DNA from: the human T2T-CHM13v2.0 reference genome, Homo sapiens
Direction: 5' to 3' (one strand)
DNA: 64,000 nt
Assembly (NCBI RefSeq): GCF_009914755.1
Contig: NC_060925.1
The notes beneath the pieces are model-generated. The model was not told the origin of the DNA. It ran no database searches and was given only the letters and a program-made list of their open reading frames with translations. The translations under genes and the position numbers were made by a program. Positions 24,821 to 41,470 of the stretch are shown piece by piece; the stretch's first letter is position 1; each line of letters opens with the position of its first letter.

Positions 24821-26599
24821 ATGTTTACTACGGTTTGTAAAGGCCGCTTGGCTTTGCTGGGGGTTGTTAAGGCCAGAGATCTACAACCGGACCTTAGTCC
24901 CGGGGACACTGTAGAATGCAGCAGCTGAAGGTGGTGGGGCTGGAGTTTCAGGGGAAGTGGCTCAACCTCAGAGCCATCTTGTTACAGACATCAGAGATGG
25001 GCGTCTGGGTTTAGAGGCTTCTAATTAAGAGATTTCTAGCGCCAACTGCCACTGAAAGTGCCCTCTGAGACCCTGAGTAGCCTGAGAGTGGAGCAGGCCA
25101 TAGAAACTGTTAGGCCAGTGCAACAGATGGTTTCCCCATTCACAGTATGGACGAAATGAGTTCCTAGAGTACTCAGAGTTGGAATGGGGAAGGCAGTGAT
25201 GCCAGGCGGGGTCAATCTAGGCACAGCTGTAATCACTATGTGGACGCGAAGCGCGGGCCCAGAGCCCTGCACAAACTTTTCCTTGTTCCGGGATGGGGTA
25301 GAGGACAGGTTTGCAATGTTGCTGAGGAAAGGACAGACATGACACAGTGGTTAGAGCTGGAAGCTTGGGTCTTAGAGTGCCAGGGCCCTGGTTGTAAACA
25401 TGCCAAACAAAGAGGTGACTTCTTCAAGGTGAAGCAGAGGCACAGCCCAGATCAGAACTTGGACTTCCTGGCCTACATGTGGCCACGGATAGAACTATGA
25501 AGTTGCATCCTCCATTCCCTCATCCACGCAAAAATTTTCCTTTGCAATTTGGCCACTGGAGGTGCCTAGATGAGCTCTTTCTCCCCAAAGCTGCTGAGAG
25601 TCGTGAGGCAGTTTCCCCATCCCACTGCAGCTGGAAAATATGTAGTAAACCTTGACACTGCTACTAGGATGGGCAATTCAAAGATTTTTTGTTTGTTTAT
25701 TTCTTTTAAAGGTGAAAAGTTAAACCTCTCTCCAGGACCTGTCCTCCTGCTTGTAACTGTGAAATGTCTGGAGTTGCTAAAAGCTCTTTGGGGGGATTTT
25801 ATAGCAAATAGATTTCTTTGGGAAATCCTGATCAGTCTCAGTGCCAATCTCTTCGGCACTGAGCAAGTGAAGGACACAAGGTCTCTGGCAGACCCAGCAT
25901 CCAGGCGGGGTGGCCAGTTCTCAGAATGAGTTGAGGAGAGGTGCTGAAGTCAGAGAGCCTAGGACACACCTCAGTCCCTTGGCCAGAGTGGGAAAGTTCT
26001 CAGCAGTCCTCTGTCTTGCTTATCTCCTCCACTTTTAGACATTCCCCTGGAGCTCATTCCAGGATCTCTGTTCTCGACTTTTCCATCCAGGGGTGAAGTA
26101 GAGGCAGCAGATTGAGCCTTCTTACACTTGCATAGCCAGATACAAGATACAGATAACAAGTCCCAAAGCCAACACATGGATGCAAAGATGATCATTTCCT
26201 GACCCAGCCAACCCCCTAAGTCCCCAAATCGAGATGATTCAAGAGCAGTGAGAATGGAGTAGGGGCAGAATGATCAGAGATGTACAATTTAGTCAAGAGA
26301 AAAGAAAGAGCATACCACAAGGGACCCCATCTTCAATAGGAACATGAACTAGCTGTTATCCCTAATTGTGTCACAAGAGTTTCCAGGCCAGGGCAGCCTC
26401 CCCACCTGGCCTGGGTGCGGGCCAGGGCTGGGATAGTTCTTCAAGCCTTCTGTAGGCTCTGCTGCCAAACTTCAGGATTCCCTCTGTACCTCAGTTTTGT
26501 CTGCATTATCGATATCAATTTCCCCTGACCCCACATATCGAAATTCTGGAAGCAGGATATCCCAAGCACATCGAATTTTGAGGTGCTTCAATCCAGCTC

Positions 26600-28100
26600 T
26601 GGCGTTAAGGAGAATAACGCGTCGGCACGCACACTTAGCTGAGGAGCGGAGTCTAGGGAAGAAAGGTGGGGAGGATGCTTTATACAAACCGCACTTTCCC
26701 CTGCTCCTCACCTGGCCCTGGAGGTTTCCGCTACCGCCAAACCCAGACCGTAGGTCCACGCCCTGGCCCCGGGGCTTTGAACGTGAAGAAAATCATCATC
26801 GGGGAATGTCATGATGTGATTTCAGGTAGAATTCTGCCTTATTTAGGCCACCTTTCGCCAGGCCAGGGGGCACGGCAGAGCTGGGGGGCTCAGGGATGAA
26901 GTGAGCCGGGGGGGTGAGCGCCTGAGGGCGGGAGTCAGAAGGACGAATACCACCCTAGTGCTCGCAGGAGGCGCCCCTGCTTCCGCCACCCCCACCCCCA
27001 GTTCCTAGTCAGTTATCACCTGAAGTTCTTGCGGGGCTTTACCCTAGCAGTGGAGTTCTTCCACATTTCATCAGAATCGGAATATCACAAGCCCCGGAAA
27101 AGTTACAGTTCATCTGGAAGAAGGGTAGCCACAGGTGGCCAGGAGGAAAGGCTAAAATTTGGCCGGATAGTCCCATCCCAGGGCTGCTCTCTCGACCCCG
27201 GGTACTGGGGTCTTCTTGGCAGCGCAAAATGCTAGCAAAGGCGGCCAAGCAGCTCGAAATTCTTCAACCAAGACCTAGAGTTTTCAGACCCGGAAGAGAA
27301 GGCCCAGCGCGGACCGTGCGGGGCGCTAGAACCGCTCAGGGTTGAGGCTTGGAGCAGGAGAGCGCGCGGGCCCCGGAGCAGAGCAGAGCAGAGCAGAACA
27401 GAGCCGCGGCCCCCGCCCCTCCTGCACACAACCCGAGACTCCAGCCAGCGATTGCTCTTTGAGCAAAGCTTTGCCTAGCCCGCTGAAGTCCCCGCTGCGC
27501 GGAGCCCTCCGAAAAAGGCTACCAAGGTGCACAGAGGCTCACAGAGGGATGGTGACCACGGTGCGTTTCCTTTGGGGCGGGGGTAGGGACTCAATACCCA
27601 TCACCCATCCCCTCCAACGTGGACGCACACAGACCTGCAGATTCATATAGACACACGAGAGACAGGCAGTATACTGGCTATTTCAGCACTTTGCGGGTAA
27701 AACCACGCTAATAAATTTCCCCATTCTCCTCCATATGGCAAAGCAGAGAGGAGCCTCTGCCGCCTTATTCAGCCTGTGTGGGTGGGTAGGGCGCTTGTTT
27801 CCACAGAGAATTTGCCTAGCGCCAAGTTCCGCGGACTAAACCACTGAAGGCTGGCGCCGCGTTTCTCTCCCTTTTGCCCGCTTCAGTCGAGAGTGGGCAT
27901 AGACATCCTTGCGAGCAGTGTGTCTCCCTCGCCTTCCTGTGCCCACCCCCCCGCCCGAGGCCAAAGTCGTCAGCCCCCGGGGCAGGTCCAGGCGAGGTCC
28001 TGCTTCCAAGGGAGGCTCAGGTCATTATACCAGCCAGGGAGATTTCCCGCTTCTCTCCCTCTACTCCCTGCAAAGAGTCGTGTGGATTGTAGGCGGGCTC
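26600..28100. promoter_or_regulatory. Downstream CpG-rich island
   Basis: Visible CpG and GC enrichment; no credible coding frame. Confidence 0.55.
27376..27404. repeat. (GAGCA)n pentanucleotide repeat
   Basis: Seen directly. Confidence 0.85.
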
Positions 28101-30999
28101 AGACTCTGCTTGCCACAAATCCCTCTGACATCCTTTGCACCTCAGAGGCAACCATAAAGGAACTCCAGTCACTCTGGGATCTTTTCTCTGGCTGCCCTCT
28201 CTACCCAGGATCTGGAGTTTGATGTTGGCAGGGGATGAACTAGGTTGTGGCCAGCGCAGGGCAGGCACAGTAAGAGCGCCTAGGCTTCTTTTCAAGGTGT
28301 CAGAAGCCGAAGAAACAGGAGAGTGAAACCTGGGTTCTCCTGTCTGGGAAGGCAACCGCCAACGAAAGCTTCGGAGTCAGGAGAGGGGTGTGGTAGAAAC
28401 CAGGGCTTGTAGCAGTGGATTTTCTGCGGGCACCTGGACTTGACTTGATCTGTTGAGCTTTAACCTGTTGAGCTTTAATCTGTTTCCACAGATCTGAACC
28501 CACCTCTGCTCAAGCCCACGCCTACCTGAGACTCTCAGTGGGCTGGATGGAGCACGAAACGGGGGAAGAGAAGTCAGAGGCTGAGGTTGATGCAGTCTCC
28601 CATCGTTTTCAGGCATCCTAGTCCCCTCTCCGGCTTCTTCCTCCCTTAAGAAGAAAAAGTAGGCAAGCTCAGCCCTCCCCCACGTGATGTAGTGACACCG
28701 CTTTAAAGATGACCAAGAGGACCCTAAACATGCTGGGACATCACATTCTCCTTCTTTAGCCTTGTGAGTTGGAAAGGACTGATTGCACACTCCAATGTAT
28801 TTGTGAAGATGCGAGTTTTAAGGAGGATTTTAACTACAGGTATTTGGGCTAGGGAAGATTTTTTAAAATCCGAAATTTTGATTTAACTCATGCACTCATC
28901 TAGCTCACAGCCTCCATTTTTGAGGTCATGATGAGATTGGCTGGCGTCCCAAAGACAAACTAGTTGGCTTTCTCTGAAGCTTCCCTTCACACACTGGGAT
29001 ATTACAACCCACAGTGCCTACCCTCTGCCAGCCACTCTTGGGGAATCCAGACTGCTTACACAGGGTGGGGAGCACTTTCTAAGATTCCCTTCAACTCAGG
29101 TTCTAACAGAGCAGCAGCCTCCACGAGGATCCCTGGGCCCTGAGGACAGGTGAGCTTAGAGAACCCCTGGCCCTTTAATCCCTTCCCTGTCTCTGCCCCC
29201 TGTCATTTTAGAAATCAGGAATAGAAGTCTCCACAGTTATGATTGTTCCCAACTTCCTCGTTTTTGGGTTGAAGTAACAGAGGCTGAGAGATGTGAGAAT
29301 ACTTGCCCAAGGTGCCCTGGAGAGTGAGTGCAAGGACCAGGATGGGCCTTGTGTCAGGGCCTCCTGCAGTACACAGGAACATGAAAGCTGGTGCCAGACA
29401 CTCCTGAGCAACCAGATTCTGATCCAAATTATCAAAGCTCAATAGGTTTTCAAAAAGAGCATGAGGTTCAACCACTGCCTGGGATGTTGGGCTCCCATTA
29501 GCTCCTTCTCTTTCCCCTTGGTGGTTCCTGAGGGGTCTGGGAGTCGCAGGTCTGGGACTCCATTGGGTTGATACCCTGCTCTCCACCCTGCACTGACCTA
29601 ATAGCAATGTTAGCTTTGCTAATAGTGTGTAGGATCCCAGCCACACTGTGCTCACGAAAGGAAGCGACATCCATGGTGCTTTTTGACTTCCATTGATCAT
29701 TGCTGACACTTAGGATTCTGGGCAGAATGTGGAGATCGAGGCCCAATCATGCCTGCGTGGCAGCCCCTGCGCTGGATCCTTGTTTCTTCCTCTAGCCTCA
29801 GATTCAGCTGAAGCCATGGCAGATAGTAAGCCTCACCTCTAGCACAGTCCACCCTGCGCAACACACGAGGAACCAGAAAGAGACCTTGGAAGTGGCAGCG
29901 GCAGCATCGCCTGACATGCGCTCCGAACTTGCCTCTCTGGAGACCCTCAACGACTCTCTGGGTTGGGGGGGTTATTCGAGGAGACCGGCAGGAGGAGTGT
30001 GCAGGAAAAAGCGGGCCTGATCCCAGCCCAGCATAGGAGGTCTGAACTAACCCCAGAGGCATTCATTCATTCATTCCCTCACCCACCAATAACTAGCTAC
30101 ATGACCTTGGAAAATTCATCTAATCACTTGGTTTGTTTTCTCGGTGAAATGGGATATAATCAAAGGTATGTAACTCATAAATTGGTGTAAGACTTCATGA
30201 CAGTTAAAAAAAAAAAGCCAAAATGAGAACAGTGGCTGGTATACAATTAATGCTATAGGCTTCGATGTTACTGCATTCCTTCATCCATTCATTTTTTTCA
30301 TTGCAGTATTTATGGGGATCCTTGTGAGTGTTTGCACCATAGAGAAAAAAAGAATGCAAGACAACCTTTACTCTCCAAGAAATTATATCATTAGATGAAA
30401 ATGAGGATGCCTTGTCACCAGGAAATCCTTTAAGGAGTAGCCCAGAGAGTTAGGATGTGCTGCCTGGCTAGGTCAGGGGTTGCTGCATTTGGAAGGCCTT
30501 CTTCATCTTGATGCTCCTGGCACTATGCACAGGAGCACCTCAGTCTGCAAATTTCACAGCAGGCAGGCCATACAATGCTTGTGGGTGTGGTGGGGACTTA
30601 CTCATGGGAGTTAGAAAGGAAGAAGTTAGTTTTCTGATACTTAGTTTTCTGAAGCTTAAGCAAGTGTCCAGGGGCACAGAAGGGAAAATTATGTTCCAGC
30701 TGTTGAGATTATGTTGGGACAAATAGCACTTGGGGAGTTTTATTAAGTTTTTAACTAATCACAATGAGGGAGGGCCCTCGAAACGGAAACAGGAGATTAA
30801 CGATTCCTTCGAGGAAAAAGGCACCCTCGGCTTCTTGAGAGCAGGGCTGGACTCTGCTGCATGGTTGGAGAAGCTCTAGCACCTAGCTCAGTGCTTGGCA
30901 CAGGAAATGCACCCCCAAAAGTGTTTACTGAATGAACGACAAGTATAATTATTGTGGCCCTTGTGGTTATTTATAGCATCGCAGGGTAGGTAGCATTAT

Positions 31000-32100
31000 A
31001 AACACAGTAGGAGGCTGTGCAACACGACCCAGAAGTACCAGGTAGTAACCCCGGGAGTGGACCTGGAGCTGCGAATCATCTGGTCGAGGACCCATTAGGA
31101 TCCCCGATGCTAAGGTCATCACAGAGAGGCAAGAGAACGCGTTCACAAGCAGGACTCGATGCAGGCGGCCGAAACTCTGGTCTGCGTACCATTTGGGCAT
31201 CGTTGTAGGTGGAAACCAACTGGTAGGGAGGTTGAATGACTCACTCAAGGTCACTTCCCTAGTGGTCAACGTCAAGAACCAGGACAGAAGTCCAAAGCTT
31301 TCTGTGCTTTCTCCAGTCCCTCACTTATGCGGGGGTGCGGAGCGCTAAGATCTGCCCGAGCCTCTCTTGGAACACGGAAGAGCACCGCAGAGCGGGTAAG
31401 AACGCTAGGCGAGTTGGTCTTAGTGCGTCTGCACCCCGCCGCCTCTCTCTGCGGAGCAAAAGTGCCTGTTCTGCGGAATTCCCTAGCCACCCTCAATCCC
31501 CACTGTCCTCGACCAGAGATTTCCCAGTCTGCAAATTTTAGCCTCGTTTTAATTTGTCGGGGCTGTTTATTTTTGTTTCTCAGAATCCGCGTGACGAGTG
31601 CACCCAGCACGTGGTAGAAGCTCAAGAAATGAGCAAGTGAACGAAAGATCAAAAGAATGAACTAATGAGCGAATAGGATCCCCTATCTGGCAGTCCCGAC
31701 TTGCATCCGTCATCACAATCCGGCCACTGTTGAATTTCACTACCTGCTGAAATGCGGGCCGCGCACGCCTCCAAAGAGGTGTCCCTGAGACTCTACGCAG
31801 CCAGGCTCTCGTGGTCTGGGGCTCAGATCTCGCTCCAAGGCCTCCTACCTTCGGGGGTCACAGGGTCTCGCCCCGTTCTCAATGGCTTTGGGTGTAGCAT
31901 AGGAAGGTCCTGGGTCTTCCGTGGTCTCGGATCCCCAACCTGCCCGCCGAATATTCATTCAGTTCACGGTCAGCGCGGGCCCCTTGGCCCCCACCTCCCC
32001 CAAGCTGATCGCTACGTCAGTCGGTTGCCGGTCGGGAGCGCCCAGGAGATGACTCTTTGAGGCCACTTTGGGTCAGCTTCAGCGATCTAAGCCAGGTCTC
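31000..32100. promoter_or_regulatory. Downstream CpG-rich island
   Basis: CpG enrichment relative to the flanks. Confidence 0.5.
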
Positions 32101-33879
32101 CTTTTTCTTGCCTCCATCAGGGACCCTGCAGCCTGTGCTGACTACTCTTCCAGGCCAAGAGCACAGTTTTGTAGCTGAAAAAAATGGGGGTGAAAAGCTA
32201 TAAAGAAAGAGTCAAACTAAAGACTTGCTGTGTGACACACAATTTTTAAATGGAATGTCACCTGTAATTTGAATTTTCCCATATCCATTGGTCTTCACTC
32301 TCCCTTGCTTTGTATGTCCTCACCATTTCTCACTTTTCATTTTTTCCTCTTTGCTCATTGAGCCCTGGGCTTCCTTTCGTCCTGGTACTGTTCAAGATTC
32401 CGTTCAGAATTTTAAGAGGAACGGGACTCCCCTGGCTTGGTTCCAGATGACCACCGTGGAGGACATGGAGGACAGAGTGTGTGACCTGAGACAAGGGATG
32501 ACAGGGCTGCCAGGCAGCTCCAGAGGTGATGGAGGACAGCCTATTAGCTAAAATGTAATGAAAGGAAGAGATTTTTAAAAATTAGAATAGATCTGCATAA
32601 TTTTTTTTTAAAGCCCACAAAAGTGCCATCCTCCTCAAAAGCATTGCTCAGAGCCAAGGGAGACATGCTGGGGACAGAAGGGCCACTCACAGCCTCGATG
32701 TTACTCATCTACAGATGTGCACATCATTTGAGCCTCTACTATATGCTGGACCGGTTCTGGGTTAGGGACCGTCAAGGGTCTCCAGCTGAAACGATCCAAA
32801 GGTGCTCTGACATGTGCCCTCCAAGCTAAAAGTTTTAGCAAAATCGAAAACTTTCTTTCCCACCTCTTTCCTCTTATTTCTCTTTTGCTTTCCTCATCGC
32901 GGAGGAATGGTGGTGAGGAGACCATCCCACCTCCCTGTGTTCTCTCCAGCTAGCTCTCCAACTACGCCTTCCCACTTTCTTCTTGTCAGTTTGTTCAGCA
33001 ACCCAGAGGCAGTTTTTAGGTTAGGGGCGCATATCTGATACAGGGCACAGTCACAGACAGAGTTCTGGCAAACAGAAGGCGCTCAGTAAGTGGAGATTGT
33101 TATTAAACTATTACTACGATGACACTGCGAGTTCATTCTGGCTGGAGAGAGTGTCTATACTCGTTTGAAATCACCTATGGGTGCGTGCAAGTAAAGAACG
33201 GAGGAAAGAGACACAAGTCTTTTCCACTCTTTGAACAAGAGGTGAAAGTCTTATATCTCATGTAACCATCACAGCAACTCAGGGCAGAAGATATTCTTCC
33301 TCTCTTACAGATGGCCATTTTGAGAAGCAGAGGGGTTGGGTAATTTGATCAAGGTACTTGGCGGGTAAGGGGCGTGGCCGAGCCTCTGACAGAAATCTGC
33401 CTTTCTTACTCCAATCTCCGAACTTGTGGTCTGCGGCGATTTTCTACAGTCAAGGAGAAAAAAAGTTCAAAGAAATGATTTGTTCTTTTTGACGAATTAT
33501 TCTGATCATTATTTCAAATATTCACCTTACAATGTTAGTGTATACCCAACCATAGAGAAATCTATTAAAAGTCATCTCGCTGCATCCCCAGGGAAAGCGC
33601 ATTCATGGTATGCCCTGTATGGTATGCCCTGTACGGTATGCAAGGTTCACAGCCGAAGGAAGAGAGGGCCCAAGTGCAAAAACATCTTTAAGCGAACGTC
33701 GGTCGCCACGTGCACTTACTGTGTACCTCCCACCCCAAACCTCAGGATAGAAAGACATAAATGGGTCCAGAAGCCACAGAAGCGTCTTCCTCCCTGCTCC
33801 TAGTCATCCCTTTCGCTTTCCATTCTCACCTGGCCTCCCCCAGGCCTCGCCTTCTTCCCTCTTTACTCCATTCCCTAAC

Positions 33880-36400
33880 TCCTGCCTCGTAGGCAGCGGT
33901 GGGGAGCCGCAGGCTGCTCCCCGAGTCCCAACGCTACTAGGGTGCTGTAACAGTGATGAGGCGGCGTTGCAGTCTGGCTAGGCGCTGCAGCGGGCACCAG
34001 CTACGTTTTGCTGTCGGCGGCAGTTACCCGGACGCAAGTTAAGGGGTAGGCGCGCAGAGGCGGTTGGAGGCGGGCGGCCGGCCCCTGACCTCGGAGAGCT
34101 GCGCCGAGCAGGGCGGAAAATTTATGGTCTGTGTACACTTTCTGGCTCCAGAGCCCCGCGCACCAGAAGGATGGGGCCCTGCGAGCGCGCCCCAGGCCGC
34201 GAGCTGGGGCCGCAGGCGCCACGGCCATGTATAGTGCCCACCCGACTCTGTTCTGCAGCGCTGTGGTCATAAACCTTCCCTTAGAGGGCGCGGCTGTAAA
34301 CGAAAGTCCGGGCGAGAGGTGGATGCAGGCCTTGCCGCCCGGACCCTCAGGTATAATTCTGGAAACTTGCACGGAAGCCTGGGTCCCGCCATCTTCCCTG
34401 TTGTGGTGGGGTAAGAGGATAGTTTATACTGGCTGTTTGGAATCCCGCGCGGTGGATGCAAGGTGGGATTCCAGCCCAGCGACGCGCCGCGTGGCCGGGA
34501 GTGCAGACAGGTCACCGGTCCCCGGGTGTCTGGACCGCGCCGCTTCCTACTGGGCTTACTTCGGGATCTAGACTTCGGCCTCCGTCCTTGCAAGGGCCCA
34601 GATTTGATTCCGGTTCGTCGAGGCGGTCTGTAGCAGATAAAGGGCCCATTAAAAAGCTGGACCCTGTGGGCCTTCGGTGCCAGAGGAAGCGAGAAGATGG
34701 CTCGGGAGTCAGTCCGGAGGCAGGAGGCCCATTTCGGGTGGAGGCCAGAGGTCTAGCTGCTCGCACTTCATTCCGGTAGTGGTAGTGTTAGCACGAAGCA
34801 TGTCCACGCTGTTTTCCCCGCCTGGGCTACACCCACACAAAGGAGCTGTAAGTTAAGCTGGGCGGTCAGGGCTACGTAGGTCCCTTTACTCACGTTGTCA
34901 CCAGAACAGGTGTCACGGAGTGTAGCTGCATAACAGCTTAATTTTTAACACCAGTCACGACTTTTCAATCTGTTCTTAGTAATCGTTGTGCCCATATACC
35001 AGGCACTGTTTTCACAACCTTTATATGTATTAGCTCATTTGCCTTTTACCAAATCCCAGTTAGGTCATTACTTACATTATCCCCGTTTTACAGATAAGTA
35101 AACTGTGGTAAGAGAGTTAAATTAACTTGCCTAAGGACATGCAGTTAGCAAGTGGATTTGGGAATAACTCGCATCTTCTCTGCACGGCCTAGATTACCTA
35201 AATCATCTGTAGCACACTGACTCGAGCATCAGGCGTCCCGCAGGCGACAGTGGGCAGAATTCCCAAAGAACCTCGGGTCAGTTTACCCACTCGCAGACCT
35301 TCTCCCGAGGGGGAGCGCGCCCCTGCTCCGGCGCCGGGAGTAGCTGGCTGTAGGGATCAGCCGAGCGAGGTGGCCGAGTCCATAAACACGGGCCATTTAG
35401 CAATTACCCCCAGGGCGTGATAATTGCGCTGGGCAGTAGTGACTGTGAGTCGCTGTGACACTGGCTTCTCGCCGTCTGCTGTCTTTTGATTTACTGTCGC
35501 ACTGGGTCTCAGCACCCAGTCGCTCAGGGCTGCCAGGGTAAGCGGTGAGGCGCTAGCGCGGGTGCAGCTTCTCTCCGACGCCATCCAGCTCTTCTCGCGG
35601 TCTTTACCCTGCATGGGGGTGCAGGGGAGTCGCACTTCAGAAGGTTTTAGCCCCTCTAACTGGGAACGTCCAGAGACTTTTCCCTGGGGTAGGGACGTGG
35701 CATTGAGGAGTTGGCGATTGATTTGAAAATAGAAGAGGTAGGATGAAAAGGATCAGGATGGACTATGAAAGCACAGAGTGAAAAAAGAAGAAGAAATAGG
35801 AACGGGAAGAGGGAAATCATCAAAATAAGTGGAATTTTGAAGCATTTCTCACATTGTTTTAGAGGGCGGGTGGAGTTGACACAACTGCTTTGGGTCTGAG
35901 CCATAAATTAATAGAAGATTTATCCCTCAATCAGGAAAAAGCCATTAAGATATTCTTGGCTTCGTCTGTGGGAAAATAATTTCTTTGATTGAGTTGCCCC
36001 AGAAGACCCTGCGGAGCCTTCTCTTCTCCGCCTCCGATGGCCTCCTCTTTCCTGCCTGCCGGAAGGAGGGGAGAAGCGGGAGACTCCAGGGAGAAGAGGC
36101 CTTTCCATCTTTTCCAGCATCTTGAATTTCACTTTGCGCGTTTCTTTCTACTTTTTGGTTTGATCTGCCTGCCTTGGGGGCTTGGAACCTCAGAGGGAAA
36201 TTCCTCCCGCAGCAAGCCGAGCTTGCTGTGGCTGCCCTTCTTCCTTCAGGTCCGCTGCGTTGGAGAGTGGGTCCTCGGCCTCTCGCAGGACCCAGCACGT
36301 CAAAGGCCTTTGGTCTGTTAACAAGACTACAAACTACCAGGGCGGGGGCGGAGGTGGGGCAGGGAAAGTGGAAAGCCCCTCAAAGTGGGAGGCAGCAGTC
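33880..36400. promoter_or_regulatory. Orphan CpG island cluster with a CTCF-like site at 34278-34291
   Basis: Dense CpG at 33900-34800 and 35230-35640; CCCTTAGAGGGCGC resembles the CTCF core. Confidence 0.6.
34975..35170 (-). mobile_element. MIR
   Basis: MIR core CCCCGTTTTACAGAT...AAACTG...AACTTGCCTAAGG. Confidence 0.7.
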
Positions 36401-36464
36401 CCAGAATAGGGTGACCAGTTGTCCTTCCTGGGCATGGAGGAGCTGAGCTCCCCTTGTTGGTCCT

Positions 36465-36690
36465 GGACTCAAAGTGTGGTCCCCAGTTCCTTAAGGGTCC
36501 TTTCAGAGGGTCCCTGAGGTCAAAACTATTTTCATAATAAAAGGTTGTTGACTTTTTAACAAGTGTACAATGGAGTGTTCCGGAGGCCACATTCGGTGTG
36601 GTGATGTCAGGGCTCTGATGGCTTAGGGAATGCGTGTGCATATTGCAGTGTTTTACAAATGTTTTGGTTTTGTATTTTACCACAATAAAA
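36465..36690 (+). mobile_element. hAT-Charlie DNA transposon fossil
   Basis: CTCAAAGTGTGGTCC...GAGGTCAAAACTATTTTCATAATAA resembles Charlie-type ends. Confidence 0.55.
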
Positions 36691-36714
36691 ATGCATTTTA
36701 GAAATGTGTTTTGG

Positions 36715-36992
36715 GGCCTGCACAGTGGCTCACGCCTGTAATCCTAGCACTTTGGGAGGCGGGTGGATCATCTGAGGTTAGGGGTTTCAACACAGTGAAA
36801 CTCCATCTCTACTAAAAATACAAAAAAAAAAAAAAATCTGGGCGTGGTGGTGGGCGCCTGTAATCTCAGCTCTCCATAAGCTGAGGCAGGAACATCACTT
36901 GAATGCTGGAGGCAGAGGGTGCAGTGAGCCAAGATCATGCCACTGCACTCCAGCCTGGGCGACAAGAACGAGACTCCCTCTCAAAAAAAAAA
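36715..36992 (+). mobile_element. Alu (AluS-type, small internal deletions)
   Basis: Dimer with A tail. Confidence 0.9.
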
Positions 36993-37049
36993 TGCATTTG
37001 GTTTTATAGCTCTACCTATCTTATCTGGTTATTCACGTGTGAATTAATT

Positions 37050-37200
37050 AATATGAAACAAAATGAAAAATGTTATTTCCTCAACCACATCAGCCACATT
37101 TCAATTGTTCAATAGCCATATGTGGCTAGTGGCTGTCATATTGGACAGTGCAGACACAGAATACTTCTATTCTCACAGAAACTTCTATAGAACAGCACTA
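37050..37200 (+). mobile_element. MER3-like hAT-Charlie element
   Basis: AGCCACATTTCAA...ATGTGGCTAGTGGCT...ATTGGACAGTGCAG. Confidence 0.7.
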
Positions 37201-37260
37201 ATCCATGCCATAAATATAAATAGATATAACCAAGCAAACAACATTTAGCATCCTCAATAA

Positions 37261-40702
<3,442 letters not shown>

Positions 40703-41309
40703 TAGCATCCTCAATAATTTTTAAGATTGAGATTCTTGCCTTAGAACATTCTCTAGATTGTGCTCTTGACTAAGGCATTGGAACTAGAGAGGCTAAATAT
40801 GTGTCTGGACTCTGTACTTGCTAAATATGTGTCGGGACTCTGCACTTGCTAGTTTCATAATCTTGGGCCACTTTTTAAATTCTGAGCTTCAGTTTCTGCT
40901 TCTGTAAAATGTGTGTAATGGTTCCTGATCACAAACTAGAGAGAGGCAACAGAGCTTCTTGGGAAGAGTATGAACTTTGGGGAGAAATTGAATAAGCCTT
41001 TATCTCAGCTCAGCCCAGATGACCCTGGGCTAGTTTAACAACCTCTCCATGGCTCTGCTACCTTATCAGTGAATTGGAAATATAATAAGAGTAATAATAA
41101 TGGTAATATCTCCCTCAGGTTTGTTATGAAGGGTAAATCAAATAAGTGAAAAACACTTAAGAAATAGTAACTGGCATATTATAACTACTTCTATATGTGT
41201 TAGATATTATTACTATCTAAAGTGTAAACCTTACTGGGCAACAATAAAATTTAATTCCCCTCCCCTTTCAGTAGTATCTATATCTACATCTATATACATA
41301 TCAATATAT

Positions 41310-41470
41310 ATAGTAGTCAAATATACATCACATAAAATGTACCAGCTAAATAAGTTTTAAGTTTACAGTGCAGTATTGTTAAGTATTGGTTGTATTGTTG
41401 TGTAACTAACATCCAGAGCTTCTTTCATTTTGCAAAACCGAAACTCTTTACCCATTTAACAACTCCCTCC
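41310..41470 (-). mobile_element. L1MA/MB 3' end fragment
   Basis: Resembles an old L1 3'UTR (TTTTAAGTTTACAGTGCAGT...GAAACTCTTTACCCATTTAACAACTCCC). Confidence 0.6.

Noticed and set aside
25550-25567. Possible CTCF site GGCCACTGGAGGTGCC
   Set aside because: Mismatches at several core positions.
40792-40851. 28-bp tandem duplication
   Set aside because: Two copies in MIR-like neutral sequence with no spacer; not an array or CRISPR-like structure.
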